Virus record (IMG/VR): IMGVR_UViG_3300027772_001865
Coordinates: 17,427-81,426 of that record
DNA length: 64,000 bases
Direction: 5' to 3' (one strand)
Origin: a virus
Lineage: Duplodnaviria > Caudoviricetes
Made by a program: the position numbers and the translations under genes. A model generated the notes under the pieces. The model was given only the letters and a program-made list of their open reading frames with translations, made no database searches and was not told the origin of the DNA. Shown here in pieces: positions 47,258-56,122 of this stretch. Numbering within the stretch: position 1 is the stretch's first letter; the number at the start of each line of letters is the position of its first letter.

Positions 47258-48543
47258 TAGTGTGCCTTCTCTTCATCATAGTAAGCATACTGACCCCATG
47301 GTGGCTCAATAGTTGTGGTGCCATGCAAGATCCAAACTGTATCTGCATAGTTCTCATCGCCCCAGCTACCAAATGGGTAGCCGTCTGTAAACACTACAAG
47401 ACGCTTGGGCTCAATCTCGTTCTCTTTTAAGTAACTGTAGATGGCGTCAAAGTCTGTGCCACCACCACCTTTAACCTCGTAGTCACAAATGTCATCCAAG
47501 TTGTCACTGTCGTATTGTGCAGGGTTATATGCTTCTGTGTCAAAAGTAAACACATGGATCTTGTACGCAGGGAACGAGTCCATAATACCCTGTATCTCGC
47601 CCAAGAAGTCTTTGAGCATGGACTCACTAATGGAACCCGAAGCGTCCAGTGCCACAGCAATATCGATCATGGGATCCACCTTCATGCCAGGCATGACAGC
47701 ATCCATATGCCAGCCCTTGCGGCTTGCTCTCATCCATGTGTAGTCACTTTTAATTGTGCTCTCTAATTGCATACGGAGCAGTTCACGCCAGTTCATCTGC
47801 GGCTCTGTGAGCTCCTGGATAAGACGCTTGACACCTGCAGGCAAGTTACCTGCGCCATCTACTGTAGCGGCTGCCGCCAACATGGCTTCTTTAATCTCGT
47901 CCTTAATTTGCTGACGTTCTTCTGCTGTGAGCTTGGGACGACCCTTGCCTTCTTTCTCGTCGCCATCGCCTTCACCATCTTGTTCCTCATCGCCTTCACC
48001 ATCCAGGTGCTCGTCGATCATCTGGTCCAGCAATTTACCAATGTCCAGTTTCTCTGCTTTCTCGTACAAGATATCGTAGATCTCTTCCGAGCTCATGCCG
48101 TCATACTTGGGATTGTGCAAACACGGCACTGTGGTGATCTTCTCACCCACACGGTGTTTGATCAAATCTGCGTTGACACAATAGTCATTGGCAATGTTAA
48201 ACAACTGGTGGTCCCGCTCACCTCGGCGTCCAAAGTGGTCATATACACAATGTAGCACCTCGTGTCCAAACAAGAATTCAATCTCTTTGGGACGCAACAT
48301 TTTAATAAAGCGGCTATTGTAATAGAAGTTTCTGCCATCTGTGGCGGCAGTAGAGCACCACTCGTCTGCGTTTACTAGTTTCAAACGAGTTGCCAAGTTA
48401 CCAAAGAAACTGGCCTTGAGCAACAGGCCCACACGAGCAGTGATCAGCATCTCGCGCACTTCTCTGTCAAGTTTGTGATCTGTTTTGCCCAAAAGGTTGG
48501 CAAACTTCTTTTTGTCTTCTTTTGTTGCAGTAGTGGATGTCAT
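47257..48543 (-). CDS. Putative metallopeptidase-like plus VWA domain protein (DUF2201-type), 428 aa
   Basis: TAATDG, HEVLH (HExxH), acidic linker, VALDASGS (MIDAS) and GGGGTDF...VVFTDG. Confidence 0.85.
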   Translation of the reverse strand: MTSTTATKEDKKKFANLLGKTDHKLDREVREMLITARVGLLLKASFFGNLATRLKLVNADEWCSTAATDGRNFYYNSRFIKMLRPKEIEFLFGHEVLHCVYDHFGRRGERDHQLFNIANDYCVNADLIKHRVGEKITTVPCLHNPKYDGMSSEEIYDILYEKAEKLDIGKLLDQMIDEHLDGEGDEEQDGEGDGDEKEGKGRPKLTAEERQQIKDEIKEAMLAAAATVDGAGNLPAGVKRLIQELTEPQMNWRELLRMQLESTIKSDYTWMRASRKGWHMDAVMPGMKVDPMIDIAVALDASGSISESMLKDFLGEIQGIMDSFPAYKIHVFTFDTEAYNPAQYDSDNLDDICDYEVKGGGGTDFDAIYSYLKENEIEPKRLVVFTDGYPFGSWGDENYADTVWILHGTTTIEPPWGQYAYYDEEKAH

Positions 48544-48569
48544 ATATGCCTTTCTAATTTGTATAACGT

Positions 48570-48598
48570 ATTATAGCAAAGAGCAATTTACTGGTCAA
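48570..48598 (-). promoter_or_regulatory. sigma70 promoter (extended -10)
   Basis: TTGACC-N17-TATAAT preceded by TGC. AGAAAGG SD downstream. Confidence 0.8.
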
Positions 48599-48605
48599 GT
48601 TAAAG

Positions 48606-48652
48606 AGGAGGGCAGTGCGACACAGCCCTGTGTTTTTGAACACCACCCTCCT
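48606..48652 (-). terminator. Long hairpin between the ATPase and VWA genes (terminator or RNA-stability element)
   Basis: AGGAGGGUGGUG/CACUGCCCUCCU 12-bp stem enclosing ACACA-GGGC-UGUGU. The following U-tract is weak. Confidence 0.5.
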
Positions 48653-48658
48653 AATTAA

Positions 48659-49741
48659 TTAAGCGGATGCCTGCAAAATGTACTTACCAAAGCGTTGATG
48701 GAACTCGTCAAAGTTCTTGAGCTTGGTAGGCAAGAAGGGCAAGTCGTATGTGGTAAGAGCAATACGAGCACCCATAACTGTCAACTCTGTCTCAAAGTTC
48801 TTCATCATGTAGCCCAGGAAGTTGTCTGCCATGTCGTGGAACTCTTTGTCTGCTGTCTTGTTCTCCACAGCGGCCTTGAGCTCGTAGCACATGGAGATCA
48901 CCAAGCTGTACATGGCACTGACCTCTTTGACGTTCAAGTCTTTTACCTTGCCCTTAAGGATGTCTAACGGATTAGGCATCTTGCTAGCAACCTTGCGGTG
49001 AGCCATGAACTTAACAGCAAGACCTTCACCCACTGTACCAGCAATTAAGTTGGTAAGAGTATCGTTGTCGCACTCGTCGTCTAAGAGCTCACTTACAAAA
49101 CTCCATGAACGAGGAGTAGCAAAGGCACGACTGGCACTCTTGGCATCAAAGTCGTATAAGTCTTGCTTGGCAAAACTCAAATAACCCACAACGTCTTTGT
49201 GGATCTTGTTTAGAACAGCCCACTCTTGCCAAGACGCAAAGTCCACCTTCATCTCTTGGTGGATGAAACGATTGGCAAGCGGAGTAGGCATACGATAGGT
49301 AACGCCTTTGTCGCTTTCTCTGTTGCCTGCGGCCACCATAACAACATTGTCTGGTAACTTGTACTTGCCGATACGACGATTCAAAATAAGTTGATAAGCG
49401 GCACTCTGGACAGAAGGTGCGGCACTGTTCAGTTCATCTAGGAACAGTACCACAACAGGATACTGGCTGGCCAGTTCGTCATCGGGCAGTTCTACTGGAG
49501 GAGCCCAGTCCATCTTGCCAGAGTCCTTGTTGTAGAACGGGATACCACGAATGTCTGTGGGCTCCATCTGACCCAAGCGAAGGTCGATCATGTAACCACC
49601 GAGATCTCGGGTGATATTCTCAACAAGCTCGGATTTACCAATACCTGGAGGACCCCACAAGAACAAGGGACGCTGAACTTTAAATGCTTTAAGCAGGGAT
49701 TTACGAGCCTGGACGGCTGTAACTGTACGGGTATCTGACAT
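48659..49741 (-). CDS. MoxR-like AAA+ ATPase, 360 aa
   Basis: GPPGIGKS (Walker A), LFLDE (Walker B), AAGNR and PLANRF. Confidence 0.9.
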   Translation of the reverse strand: MSDTRTVTAVQARKSLLKAFKVQRPLFLWGPPGIGKSELVENITRDLGGYMIDLRLGQMEPTDIRGIPFYNKDSGKMDWAPPVELPDDELASQYPVVVLFLDELNSAAPSVQSAAYQLILNRRIGKYKLPDNVVMVAAGNRESDKGVTYRMPTPLANRFIHQEMKVDFASWQEWAVLNKIHKDVVGYLSFAKQDLYDFDAKSASRAFATPRSWSFVSELLDDECDNDTLTNLIAGTVGEGLAVKFMAHRKVASKMPNPLDILKGKVKDLNVKEVSAMYSLVISMCYELKAAVENKTADKEFHDMADNFLGYMMKNFETELTVMGARIALTTYDLPFLPTKLKNFDEFHQRFGKYILQASA

Positions 49742-49784
49742 GGGCTGTGCCTTTCTAGGGTTGAAATTAACTAACTAAGTTTCT

Positions 49785-49813
49785 ATTGTAGCAAAACACG
49801 AATTTCGTGTCAA
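49785..49813 (-). promoter_or_regulatory. sigma70 promoter
   Basis: TTGACA-N17-TACAAT with TGC extension. Contains the dyad ACACGAA-T-TTCGTGT (49796-49810). Confidence 0.8.
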
Positions 49814-49995
49814 CTGTTGACTGTTGCAAAAGGACTACAGTCTTCTTGATCCTGGTTGACAGGATCTTCTGAAGGATCCGCAACTTCGTACACCCAATTG
49901 ATGGGCACATCGAGAAGTCGTGCAATAGTAACGGGCAAGTAGCCCTCAACTAACATGCCGTCAATTTCCACGGCAAGATTGCTCATAGCACTCAT
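49810..49995 (-). CDS. Small hypothetical protein, possibly HTH-like, 61 aa
   Basis: AAGGAG SD and its own promoter. The segment IARLLDVPINWVY is weakly HTH-like. Confidence 0.55.
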   Translation of the reverse strand: MSAMSNLAVEIDGMLVEGYLPVTIARLLDVPINWVYEVADPSEDPVNQDQEDCSPFATVNS

Positions 49996-50025
49996 AACTA
50001 ACTCCTTTTAAACTACAATACACGT

Positions 50026-50054
50026 ATTATAGCAAAAAGCGATTTGATGGTCAA
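50026..50054 (-). promoter_or_regulatory. sigma70 promoter (extended -10)
   Basis: TTGACC-N17-TATAAT preceded by TGC. Confidence 0.8.
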
Positions 50055-50073
50055 CCAGGGCAACCACCACAAT

Positions 50074-51219
50074 CTATGCAGGTGTTGCGGGAGTAAAATC
50101 TTTAACATATATGGCTGAACTCATGCATGTATCAAATCCAGTAACTGGATTCCAAATGTCAGCATGATTGGTGTTAAGATATTGTAGCCCTTGTACCCAA
50201 TAGTTATAAATTTTTGAGTCAGTTTTTTCTGCAAGGTCTCTGAGCACTGCACTGTCATGATTGGTTGTGCTGCCAATTCCGTTTTCTGCTTTGGTATCAT
50301 AGTAGTATTTGTTGTACCCCGAAGCCGCAACTGCATCAAACACGGTACTACGGCCAAAACCTTTGTTCCAACTAGCATACAAGTCACCTCGTTCACGTAA
50401 ACTACGATTAGATGATTTGCCTTGAATTTCGTGTACAAAATCATGACTACATTCTGGATGACGTTCAAACCATGCGATACTCATCCACACCTGCTTGATA
50501 TAAAGTCTAGTGGCCTCTGGACACAAATAAAACAAGTGCCTAGGGCCACCAAGATGATGATGCAATGCCGCATCGGGCATCTGAGCATACCACTTTCCAT
50601 CACGTAAGTTAACTCTTGGTTTTTCCACGCCAGTGATATCACATCTGCCAATTATGTGATCTAACCCAATGAGATCTTTGTGATACATTGCTGTGTTGTA
50701 TCTAGAAGTTTTGGTAAAGTAATGAAAGTGCCCCGGACCATGATACATCCAGTCTGCTTTGTGCTCTTGATAAAATTTAAATGTAGTATCCTGGTTGTAT
50801 TCTACGTGTCTAATTTTTAACCAAGGTTGCAAGTGAGCCTTAATCCATTGTGCTTTTTTAAGTGCGATCAAGTGTTCAAAATTGTCTTGAGTCTTAATAT
50901 ACGGTCGACTGAATACTAGTATTTCGTCTAGTCGGGTGTTGGTGCGTAAAATACTATCTAAAATAGTATGACTGTCGTACCCTGCACTATACCACAACGC
51001 CAAGTATTGATGTTGATCTCTAAGAGCTCTAACTCGTTGATCTATCAGTGTGTGTATTGATTCTTCTGGTTCGTGTGTCCAGTCATGCTGACGGTGTTCA
51101 TCGTCTGCAAAGTAAAAATGCACACGGCCCATGTCACCGCCAGCGGCCTCTACTGCCAAAAGTTTGTTGGTAGTTTTGTAATCACCAACCTGATAGTAAA
51201 GGTACTGATCTAAATTCAT
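50074..51219 (-). CDS. PP-loop (asparagine synthase/N-type ATP pyrophosphatase-like) protein, 381 aa
   Basis: LWYSAGYDSHTIL resembles the SGGxDS PP-loop. No glutaminase domain recognised. Confidence 0.5.
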   Translation of the reverse strand: MNLDQYLYYQVGDYKTTNKLLAVEAAGGDMGRVHFYFADDEHRQHDWTHEPEESIHTLIDQRVRALRDQHQYLALWYSAGYDSHTILDSILRTNTRLDEILVFSRPYIKTQDNFEHLIALKKAQWIKAHLQPWLKIRHVEYNQDTTFKFYQEHKADWMYHGPGHFHYFTKTSRYNTAMYHKDLIGLDHIIGRCDITGVEKPRVNLRDGKWYAQMPDAALHHHLGGPRHLFYLCPEATRLYIKQVWMSIAWFERHPECSHDFVHEIQGKSSNRSLRERGDLYASWNKGFGRSTVFDAVAASGYNKYYYDTKAENGIGSTTNHDSAVLRDLAEKTDSKIYNYWVQGLQYLNTNHADIWNPVTGFDTCMSSAIYVKDFTPATPA

Positions 51220-52130
51220 AGATCGATGTTTTGTATGCTGGTTCTAAGTTGATCAATAAACTGTTTGTAAGGTTGAACACCGTGTCCAATACTGAATTGA
51301 TTTCTCTTGGCAAGATTTTCTTGAACAGCAGGATCTTTAATAGCGTTAATAATATCCTGATGCAGTTGACTAGCTTCTACGGTATCCATCTTTGGACTTG
51401 AAGCAATCAATACGCCACCGGTAACCTGGCCTATTCCTAACTGTCTGCGTACTGACAGAATAGATTGTCCTGCTAGCGGTATAGTTTGATCTGTGGTGTT
51501 GGCTAAAATACGCAGTTTACCAGATTTGACATGCTCGTCAATCACCGGAGCATGGGATACAATTGCAACCTCTATGTCATTGGCCAGCATTGCTGTAAGA
51601 ACTTCGGCTGTGCCTTTGTACTTGATTGGCTCAACACTTTTGGGTTTCCATTTGTAGTGCTGAGATAGTATATGTAGATTGGCAACTTCAACTGGATTGG
51701 CATATCCCACAAAGTTCTTGGAGTTGTTTGGCAATTCTTTAACTAGATCCTGCATGGTTTTATAAGGCGAGTCTGCTCTTACAATCCATGTTTGCGGAGT
51801 CAGTCCCACTGGACTAATTGGAACAAAATCCTCATCACTGTAGGGCAAATCTTTTATGGTCTTGGGATTAAATACCAGCAGACTGCTTGTGGTCAAAATC
51901 AGTCCTGGTTTTGCCATATTTTTAAAACGTACTGCTCCCGGAATCTGATTACCGCCACCTACACTTTCGACTACCAGTTTGTTACCGGTTTGTCTAGAGT
52001 AAGCTTCTGCAATTGCCCTTGCAGTGACTTCGCTAGATGATCCTGGTGCGTTAGGGTTAATCAACACATACTCTTTGGCCGTGGCCACGTTAATAAACAT
52101 TGCTAATAGCAATGACACAATAAATTTCAT
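51216..52130 (-). CDS. Bug/TctC tripartite tricarboxylate transporter substrate-binding protein, 304 aa
   Basis: Signal peptide, then PGSSSEVTAR, VVESVGGG, DFVPIS, VRADSPYKT..DLV, YKGTAE.L..ML and SGKLRILA. Confidence 0.8.
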   Translation of the reverse strand: MKFIVSLLLAMFINVATAKEYVLINPNAPGSSSEVTARAIAEAYSRQTGNKLVVESVGGGNQIPGAVRFKNMAKPGLILTTSSLLVFNPKTIKDLPYSDEDFVPISPVGLTPQTWIVRADSPYKTMQDLVKELPNNSKNFVGYANPVEVANLHILSQHYKWKPKSVEPIKYKGTAEVLTAMLANDIEVAIVSHAPVIDEHVKSGKLRILANTTDQTIPLAGQSILSVRRQLGIGQVTGGVLIASSPKMDTVEASQLHQDIINAIKDPAVQENLAKRNQFSIGHGVQPYKQFIDQLRTSIQNIDL

Positions 52131-52148
52131 AATTTTCTCGATAAGTTT

Positions 52149-52180
52149 AAAAAAAGTACTAGTAGATGAATTCTACGTAC
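52149..52180 (-). terminator. Terminator-like hairpin in the leader of the Bug gene
   Basis: GUAC-GUAGA-AUUCA-UCUAC-UA-GUAC followed by U7, ending 18 nt before the ATG. Confidence 0.55.
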
Positions 52181-52199
52181 GGGAGGCGTTCTGCAGTAT

Positions 52200-52228
52200 A
52201 GTCTACAGTAAAGACATCTTTATGTCAA
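52200..52228 (-). promoter_or_regulatory. sigma70 promoter inside the leader
   Basis: TTGACA-N17-TAGACT. Confidence 0.55.
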
Positions 52229-52275
52229 GCGTCAAATTGATCCGACGTCGGCCCCTGCCGGCGCTGTAAAAATAT

Positions 52276-53355
52276 TTAGTTTATGACACAATCATGCAGA
52301 ATTTTTTTATGCACCCGTAATCCTAACGCATATCGAGTTTGGTCGCCAGTATTAACTACACTATGCGTAAATGTGTCGTTGTTGATGACCATTAGTCCAT
52401 TCTCCATTGGCAATATACCAACACTAGCAATTTTGATAAAGTTACCCGCGGGCCATATCAATGGAATATACAGTTGTGTACAACCTTGGTAATCTAGGTA
52501 TTCAGGTTTTGATTTACTCAAATCATCCACATGAGGATATATAAAATCTCCAGGTGACAACTTGCCTATAAAAACAGACCAACAATCGAGATCTAGAAAA
52601 TCTATCAGAGCCTGAATATGAGGATAATCATCAATCAAAGGCAATTTTTTGCCTTGTTTGTACAACCATGTAACACTCCAATTTGAATTGAAATTATTGC
52701 CAAATTCTTGTAAATTCTGTGTGCGTTGAGTATAAGATTCGTTAGTATTGTGGTCAACGTTTTTTACTACCTCTTGACCTGTAAGTTCTAACAATTCTTG
52801 AGGAACGATTTTTTTATACTGCATGTAGGGGATCTGTTCCACAGTTACTGTTTGTTTTGGTACCACTGTGAAATTAAAGTTATGCAAAAAAAAGTCTGTG
52901 ACAGTATTTGGGAATCGAGATGAATCAAGAATCATGTTATCTGGGTAATAAATGAAATAGTCATCGTATAAATTTCCTCCCAGGACTCTATTAGGAAACT
53001 TGCTTTCCACGAGCTCAATCCAGTAACTAACAGGAGATCCAAACGGCAAGTGCCATGACTGGCCAGCCTCCCATATTATGGTTCCTGGTTGAAATTTTTC
53101 ATGCTGAGAATTTTCCATCCAAGATAGATACAACAGTTTTCTTAGGCTACATCCATTTACAAAACACTGCAAAATTTCTACTCTGACAGATTTTACTGCA
53201 ATTAAACTTAATTTGTGTAATCCAAACACATTATCGGCATAGATAAAAATACCGTCGGAAGACAAGGTTATCTCAACCTCTCGATCGTCTAATTTGGCAT
53301 ATAAGTCTCCGGGTTGTAGTTGTCCGGCTGTTTTAATAAAAATAAATGGTGTCAT
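52276..53355 (-). CDS. Protein with C-terminal 2OG-Fe(II)/aspartyl-asparaginyl hydroxylase-like domain, 359 aa
   Basis: KLSPGDFIYPHVD...THSVVNTGDQTRYAL (HxD...H...R). Confidence 0.6.
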   Translation of the reverse strand: MTPFIFIKTAGQLQPGDLYAKLDDREVEITLSSDGIFIYADNVFGLHKLSLIAVKSVRVEILQCFVNGCSLRKLLYLSWMENSQHEKFQPGTIIWEAGQSWHLPFGSPVSYWIELVESKFPNRVLGGNLYDDYFIYYPDNMILDSSRFPNTVTDFFLHNFNFTVVPKQTVTVEQIPYMQYKKIVPQELLELTGQEVVKNVDHNTNESYTQRTQNLQEFGNNFNSNWSVTWLYKQGKKLPLIDDYPHIQALIDFLDLDCWSVFIGKLSPGDFIYPHVDDLSKSKPEYLDYQGCTQLYIPLIWPAGNFIKIASVGILPMENGLMVINNDTFTHSVVNTGDQTRYALGLRVHKKILHDCVIN

Positions 53356-53369
53356 GTTCCTAACATTCC

Positions 53370-53957
53370 TTACATAGTGGGACCGTTACCGTTTTTAAAG
53401 CCAACGGTCCCGCCTTCTGCTTCAATGCGTTTGATCACATCTTCAAACAAAATAGGCGCAAAGTCTGTCTGTTCCACACATACGCAATGATAGCGAGGAT
53501 CAATCACAGAAATACCATACTTGCCCACAGGTTCCATCTTTACACGACTGGCATGCAAATGACCGTGAATGTTAACACCAAACCGTCCTAACGATTCGGG
53601 ATGAATAGGGATGTGACTCAAGATCATTCCGTTCATCACATGGTATGCCCGCAACTCACGAAAATACTCGCGGTATTCAACATCAGGAAAGATGTCGTGG
53701 TTACCACGGATCAACACTTTGTCTCCGTTCAAACGATGCAATGTTTTCAAGGCCTTGCGGTTGATTACAACGTCACCCAAATGGTAGACCTTGTCGGTGG
53801 GACGCACACGGTCGTTCCAGCGTTGAATCATTTCTTCGTCCATCTCATCGGCATTGTCCCAAGGACGCAATTTAACGTCAGGGTCATCCGGGTGCGTGAA
53901 TCGGCATACTCCGGCATGTCCAAAGTGTGTGTCGCTGACTAAAAATACTGATGGCAT
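53370..53957 (-). CDS. Calcineurin-like metallophosphoesterase, 195 aa
   Basis: SDTHFGH, HLGD, GNHD, SH and HGHLH. Confidence 0.9.
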   Translation of the reverse strand: MPSVFLVSDTHFGHAGVCRFTHPDDPDVKLRPWDNADEMDEEMIQRWNDRVRPTDKVYHLGDVVINRKALKTLHRLNGDKVLIRGNHDIFPDVEYREYFRELRAYHVMNGMILSHIPIHPESLGRFGVNIHGHLHASRVKMEPVGKYGISVIDPRYHCVCVEQTDFAPILFEDVIKRIEAEGGTVGFKNGNGPTM

Positions 53958-53982
53958 TGTGTGCTCCTTTCCTTAATTGAAT

Positions 53983-54011
53983 ATTATAGCACAAATACCA
54001 ATATTGGTCAA
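53983..54011 (-). promoter_or_regulatory. sigma70 promoter (extended -10)
   Basis: TTGACC-N17-TATAAT with TGC. Perfect palindrome ACCAATATTGGT at 53997-54008. Confidence 0.8.
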
Positions 54012-54015
54012 TGTA

Positions 54016-54741
54016 CTATTTTATTATCACATTGGTTAAATCAGGAACCAATTCACCTTTTTTAATTTGATTTTCTTTGCTGTAACTACTAGGTGCACAT
54101 GTTCCAATATGGATTTGAACAAGGTCTCTGCTTTGAAACTCTGGATACTTGTTCCAGTAACTGGTAACATGAATTTGGTTTGTGTCAAACAACACTGCAT
54201 CACCTGCTTTGTAAGTAAAGATACCGTCTAGCTCAAGCCAATCGCAATAATTTCTAGTGAGATCTCGCCAGTCGGCACAATGATCCAGGTCTTCAGTTTT
54301 GGATATGTTTGAAATTTTTGGACCTTTTAACTTTTCTTCCATGTATGGCTCAATGTCTTGACACGAATTAAAAAGTTCTTTGAAAATAATTGCTTTAAAT
54401 TTTGGTTGATCATCTAACGCAAAAATTATAGTATAAGTTAGATCAACCCGATCTTTGCCAAATTCATCTACATGAAGAGAATGGGCAGTGATTTGCCGTT
54501 GATAGTTGCCCCAAAAATAGTTCTCGTCAGGAAAATACGTCTTGACAATTTTTTCTAAAATAGAGTAGGCCTGTGTATTCCCTTTGATCAGCAATCTACG
54601 ATCAATATGATCATGCACTCCTATACCTGGATGCACTCCTTCAGGCTTGCCATTGACATAGGCATGTTGATGATTGTCAGCCCAGTATTTTTTAAATACT
54701 TGGATGTCTTTGGGGCTTAGTATATTTTCTAATAGTTTCAT
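54016..54741 (-). CDS. 2OG-Fe(II) oxygenase/cupin-like protein, 241 aa
   Basis: LHVD...YTIIFAL...GDAVLFDTNQIHVTS...R. Confidence 0.45.
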   Translation of the reverse strand: MKLLENILSPKDIQVFKKYWADNHQHAYVNGKPEGVHPGIGVHDHIDRRLLIKGNTQAYSILEKIVKTYFPDENYFWGNYQRQITAHSLHVDEFGKDRVDLTYTIIFALDDQPKFKAIIFKELFNSCQDIEPYMEEKLKGPKISNISKTEDLDHCADWRDLTRNYCDWLELDGIFTYKAGDAVLFDTNQIHVTSYWNKYPEFQSRDLVQIHIGTCAPSSYSKENQIKKGELVPDLTNVIIK

Positions 54742-55001
54742 AGTTGTAATCCTTTATTTTTTTTGTTTGGGTTTGCGATTCGATGAAGATAGTCGTTGCC
54801 AACTAAACCTTCTTCAATTTCTAAAATAGCAGTAACCATTGGGCCATACTTGGAAAGAATTTTTGGAGCATGTCCACGACGCAGTTCTCTCACTCGCTGA
54901 CTTGCAACCAACACCAAGTCATATCTATTGCCCAGGGCTTCAACTGCATGCTCACTTGTAAGGCCAGCAGTTCTACCAGATACATCATGTTCAATTTTCA
55001 T
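54738..55001 (-). CDS. rpoZ: RNA polymerase omega subunit homolog, 87 aa
   Basis: AVEALGNRYDLVLVASQRVREL...VTAILEIEEGL aligns with E. coli [22 protein letters not shown]...VIALREIEEGL. Confidence 0.85.
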   Translation of the reverse strand: MKIEHDVSGRTAGLTSEHAVEALGNRYDLVLVASQRVRELRRGHAPKILSKYGPMVTAILEIEEGLVGNDYLHRIANPNKKNKGLQL

Positions 55002-55302
55002 CTTCGTCTTTCGTTGTTAAACCATTTGAATGTTTGTCTGTTGTTTTTTCAACATCTTGGAACAAACGCTTTTCTTGAGCTGTGAGTCGATCTTTGTGAG
55101 TCTTGCGTGGGTTACCACACAAGTAACAGCCAGAATTTCCACAATCCATCACATGATGTTTGGCCATACGATGAGGTTGTTTTATCACCTGATCATGAAA
55201 CCCTAGACCATGTGCCTTGGCAATTTTTACTTGCCTAGCAACCTTGACATCAGTTTTGTGCCGACGTCGTGAATTCATAAATTTGGCTAGTTCGTTACTC
55301 AC
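54991..55302 (-). CDS. Basic hypothetical protein with CxxxxCxxC motif, 103 aa
   Basis: GTG start with GAGG SD, below the promoter. Contains DCGNSGCYLCGNPRK. Confidence 0.65.
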   Translation of the reverse strand: MSNELAKFMNSRRRHKTDVKVARQVKIAKAHGLGFHDQVIKQPHRMAKHHVMDCGNSGCYLCGNPRKTHKDRLTAQEKRLFQDVEKTTDKHSNGLTTKDEDEN

Positions 55303-55320
55303 ATTGTTCCTCTCTTGACT

Positions 55321-55349
55321 ATTATACAATATTACAACATTATTGTCAA
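55321..55349 (-). promoter_or_regulatory. sigma70 promoter (perfect consensus)
   Basis: TTGACA-N17-TATAAT. Confidence 0.85.
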
Positions 55350-56122
55350 TTTGCTAATGCTCGATTTGTACGGGTCATATCAGCACAGGTATAAGTTTGG
55401 TAACTAGACTTTAAGTGTTCGGGCATGGGTATTTCGTCTATTGGTACACCAAATTGTTCTGCAACTTCGTAGAAGCTTTTGGTTTTGCCAGTGCCCACAT
55501 TGAACACACCTGACTGTTTAATATTTAAGAAGGCCAGATGTGTGTCAATAACTTGGCTTACTGGCACAAAGTCTCTGCGGTACTCTCTACTGCCCTCAAA
55601 CACACGTATGCGGCCTGTTTCTCTAGCTTGTTTTTCAAACTGATGATATGGACTAGCCTGGCCACCTTTATGAGCTTCACCAGATCCGTACACATTGAAA
55701 TAACGGAAACCTTGTATACGATCACCAACATGGTAAGCAGACTCTTGTAACTTGATAGCATACCTTTCAAACATGTATTTGCTCCAGGCATAAGGCGTGC
55801 GTGGATCCACAGGCGAGTCCTCACGAAACTCTTGGTTCAATCCATATACACTGGCACTGCTGGAATACTGAAAGTGTGTGCCGGTGTTCATGCAACGATC
55901 CAACAGTTGACAACTAAAGTCATAGTTTTGCCTCATAATCTTGTCTACATCTCGTTCAGTTGTGCTAGATATACCACCTATGTGAATACACACATCTCGA
56001 TCATGTGTGGTTAATAAATTGGGATCCTCACCCCAGTCAAAGGTTTTAACATCATGCCCGGCTAGAGCCTTCAGCATGTTTGAACCAATAAACCCCTTGT
56101 GGCCTGTAAGTAAAATTTTCAT
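55346..56122 (-). CDS. hldD: ADP-L-glycero-D-manno-heptose 6-epimerase-like, 258 aa
   Basis: TGHKGFIG, SSTTERD, SSASVYG, YAWSK and RYFNVYG.GE.HKG..AS. Start moved to 56122. Confidence 0.8.
   Translation of the reverse strand: MKILLTGHKGFIGSNMLKALAGHDVKTFDWGEDPNLLTTHDRDVCIHIGGISSTTERDVDKIMRQNYDFSCQLLDRCMNTGTHFQYSSSASVYGLNQEFREDSPVDPRTPYAWSKYMFERYAIKLQESAYHVGDRIQGFRYFNVYGSGEAHKGGQASPYHQFEKQARETGRIRVFEGSREYRRDFVPVSQVIDTHLAFLNIKQSGVFNVGTGKTKSFYEVAEQFGVPIDEIPMPEHLKSSYQTYTCADMTRTNRALAN

Larger units (their letters stand above)
52149..52268 (-). ncRNA. Candidate structured leader RNA or small RNA
   Basis: Non-coding stretch after a TAAATA motif (52273-52278). Pairing by eye gives a 4-way junction plus terminator. 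Not matched to a known family. Confidence 0.35.

Noticed and set aside
44376-48255. Alternative-frame or antisense ORFs over thyX and the VWA gene (166 aa, 162 aa and others)
   Set aside because: They overlap genes with unambiguous catalytic motifs.
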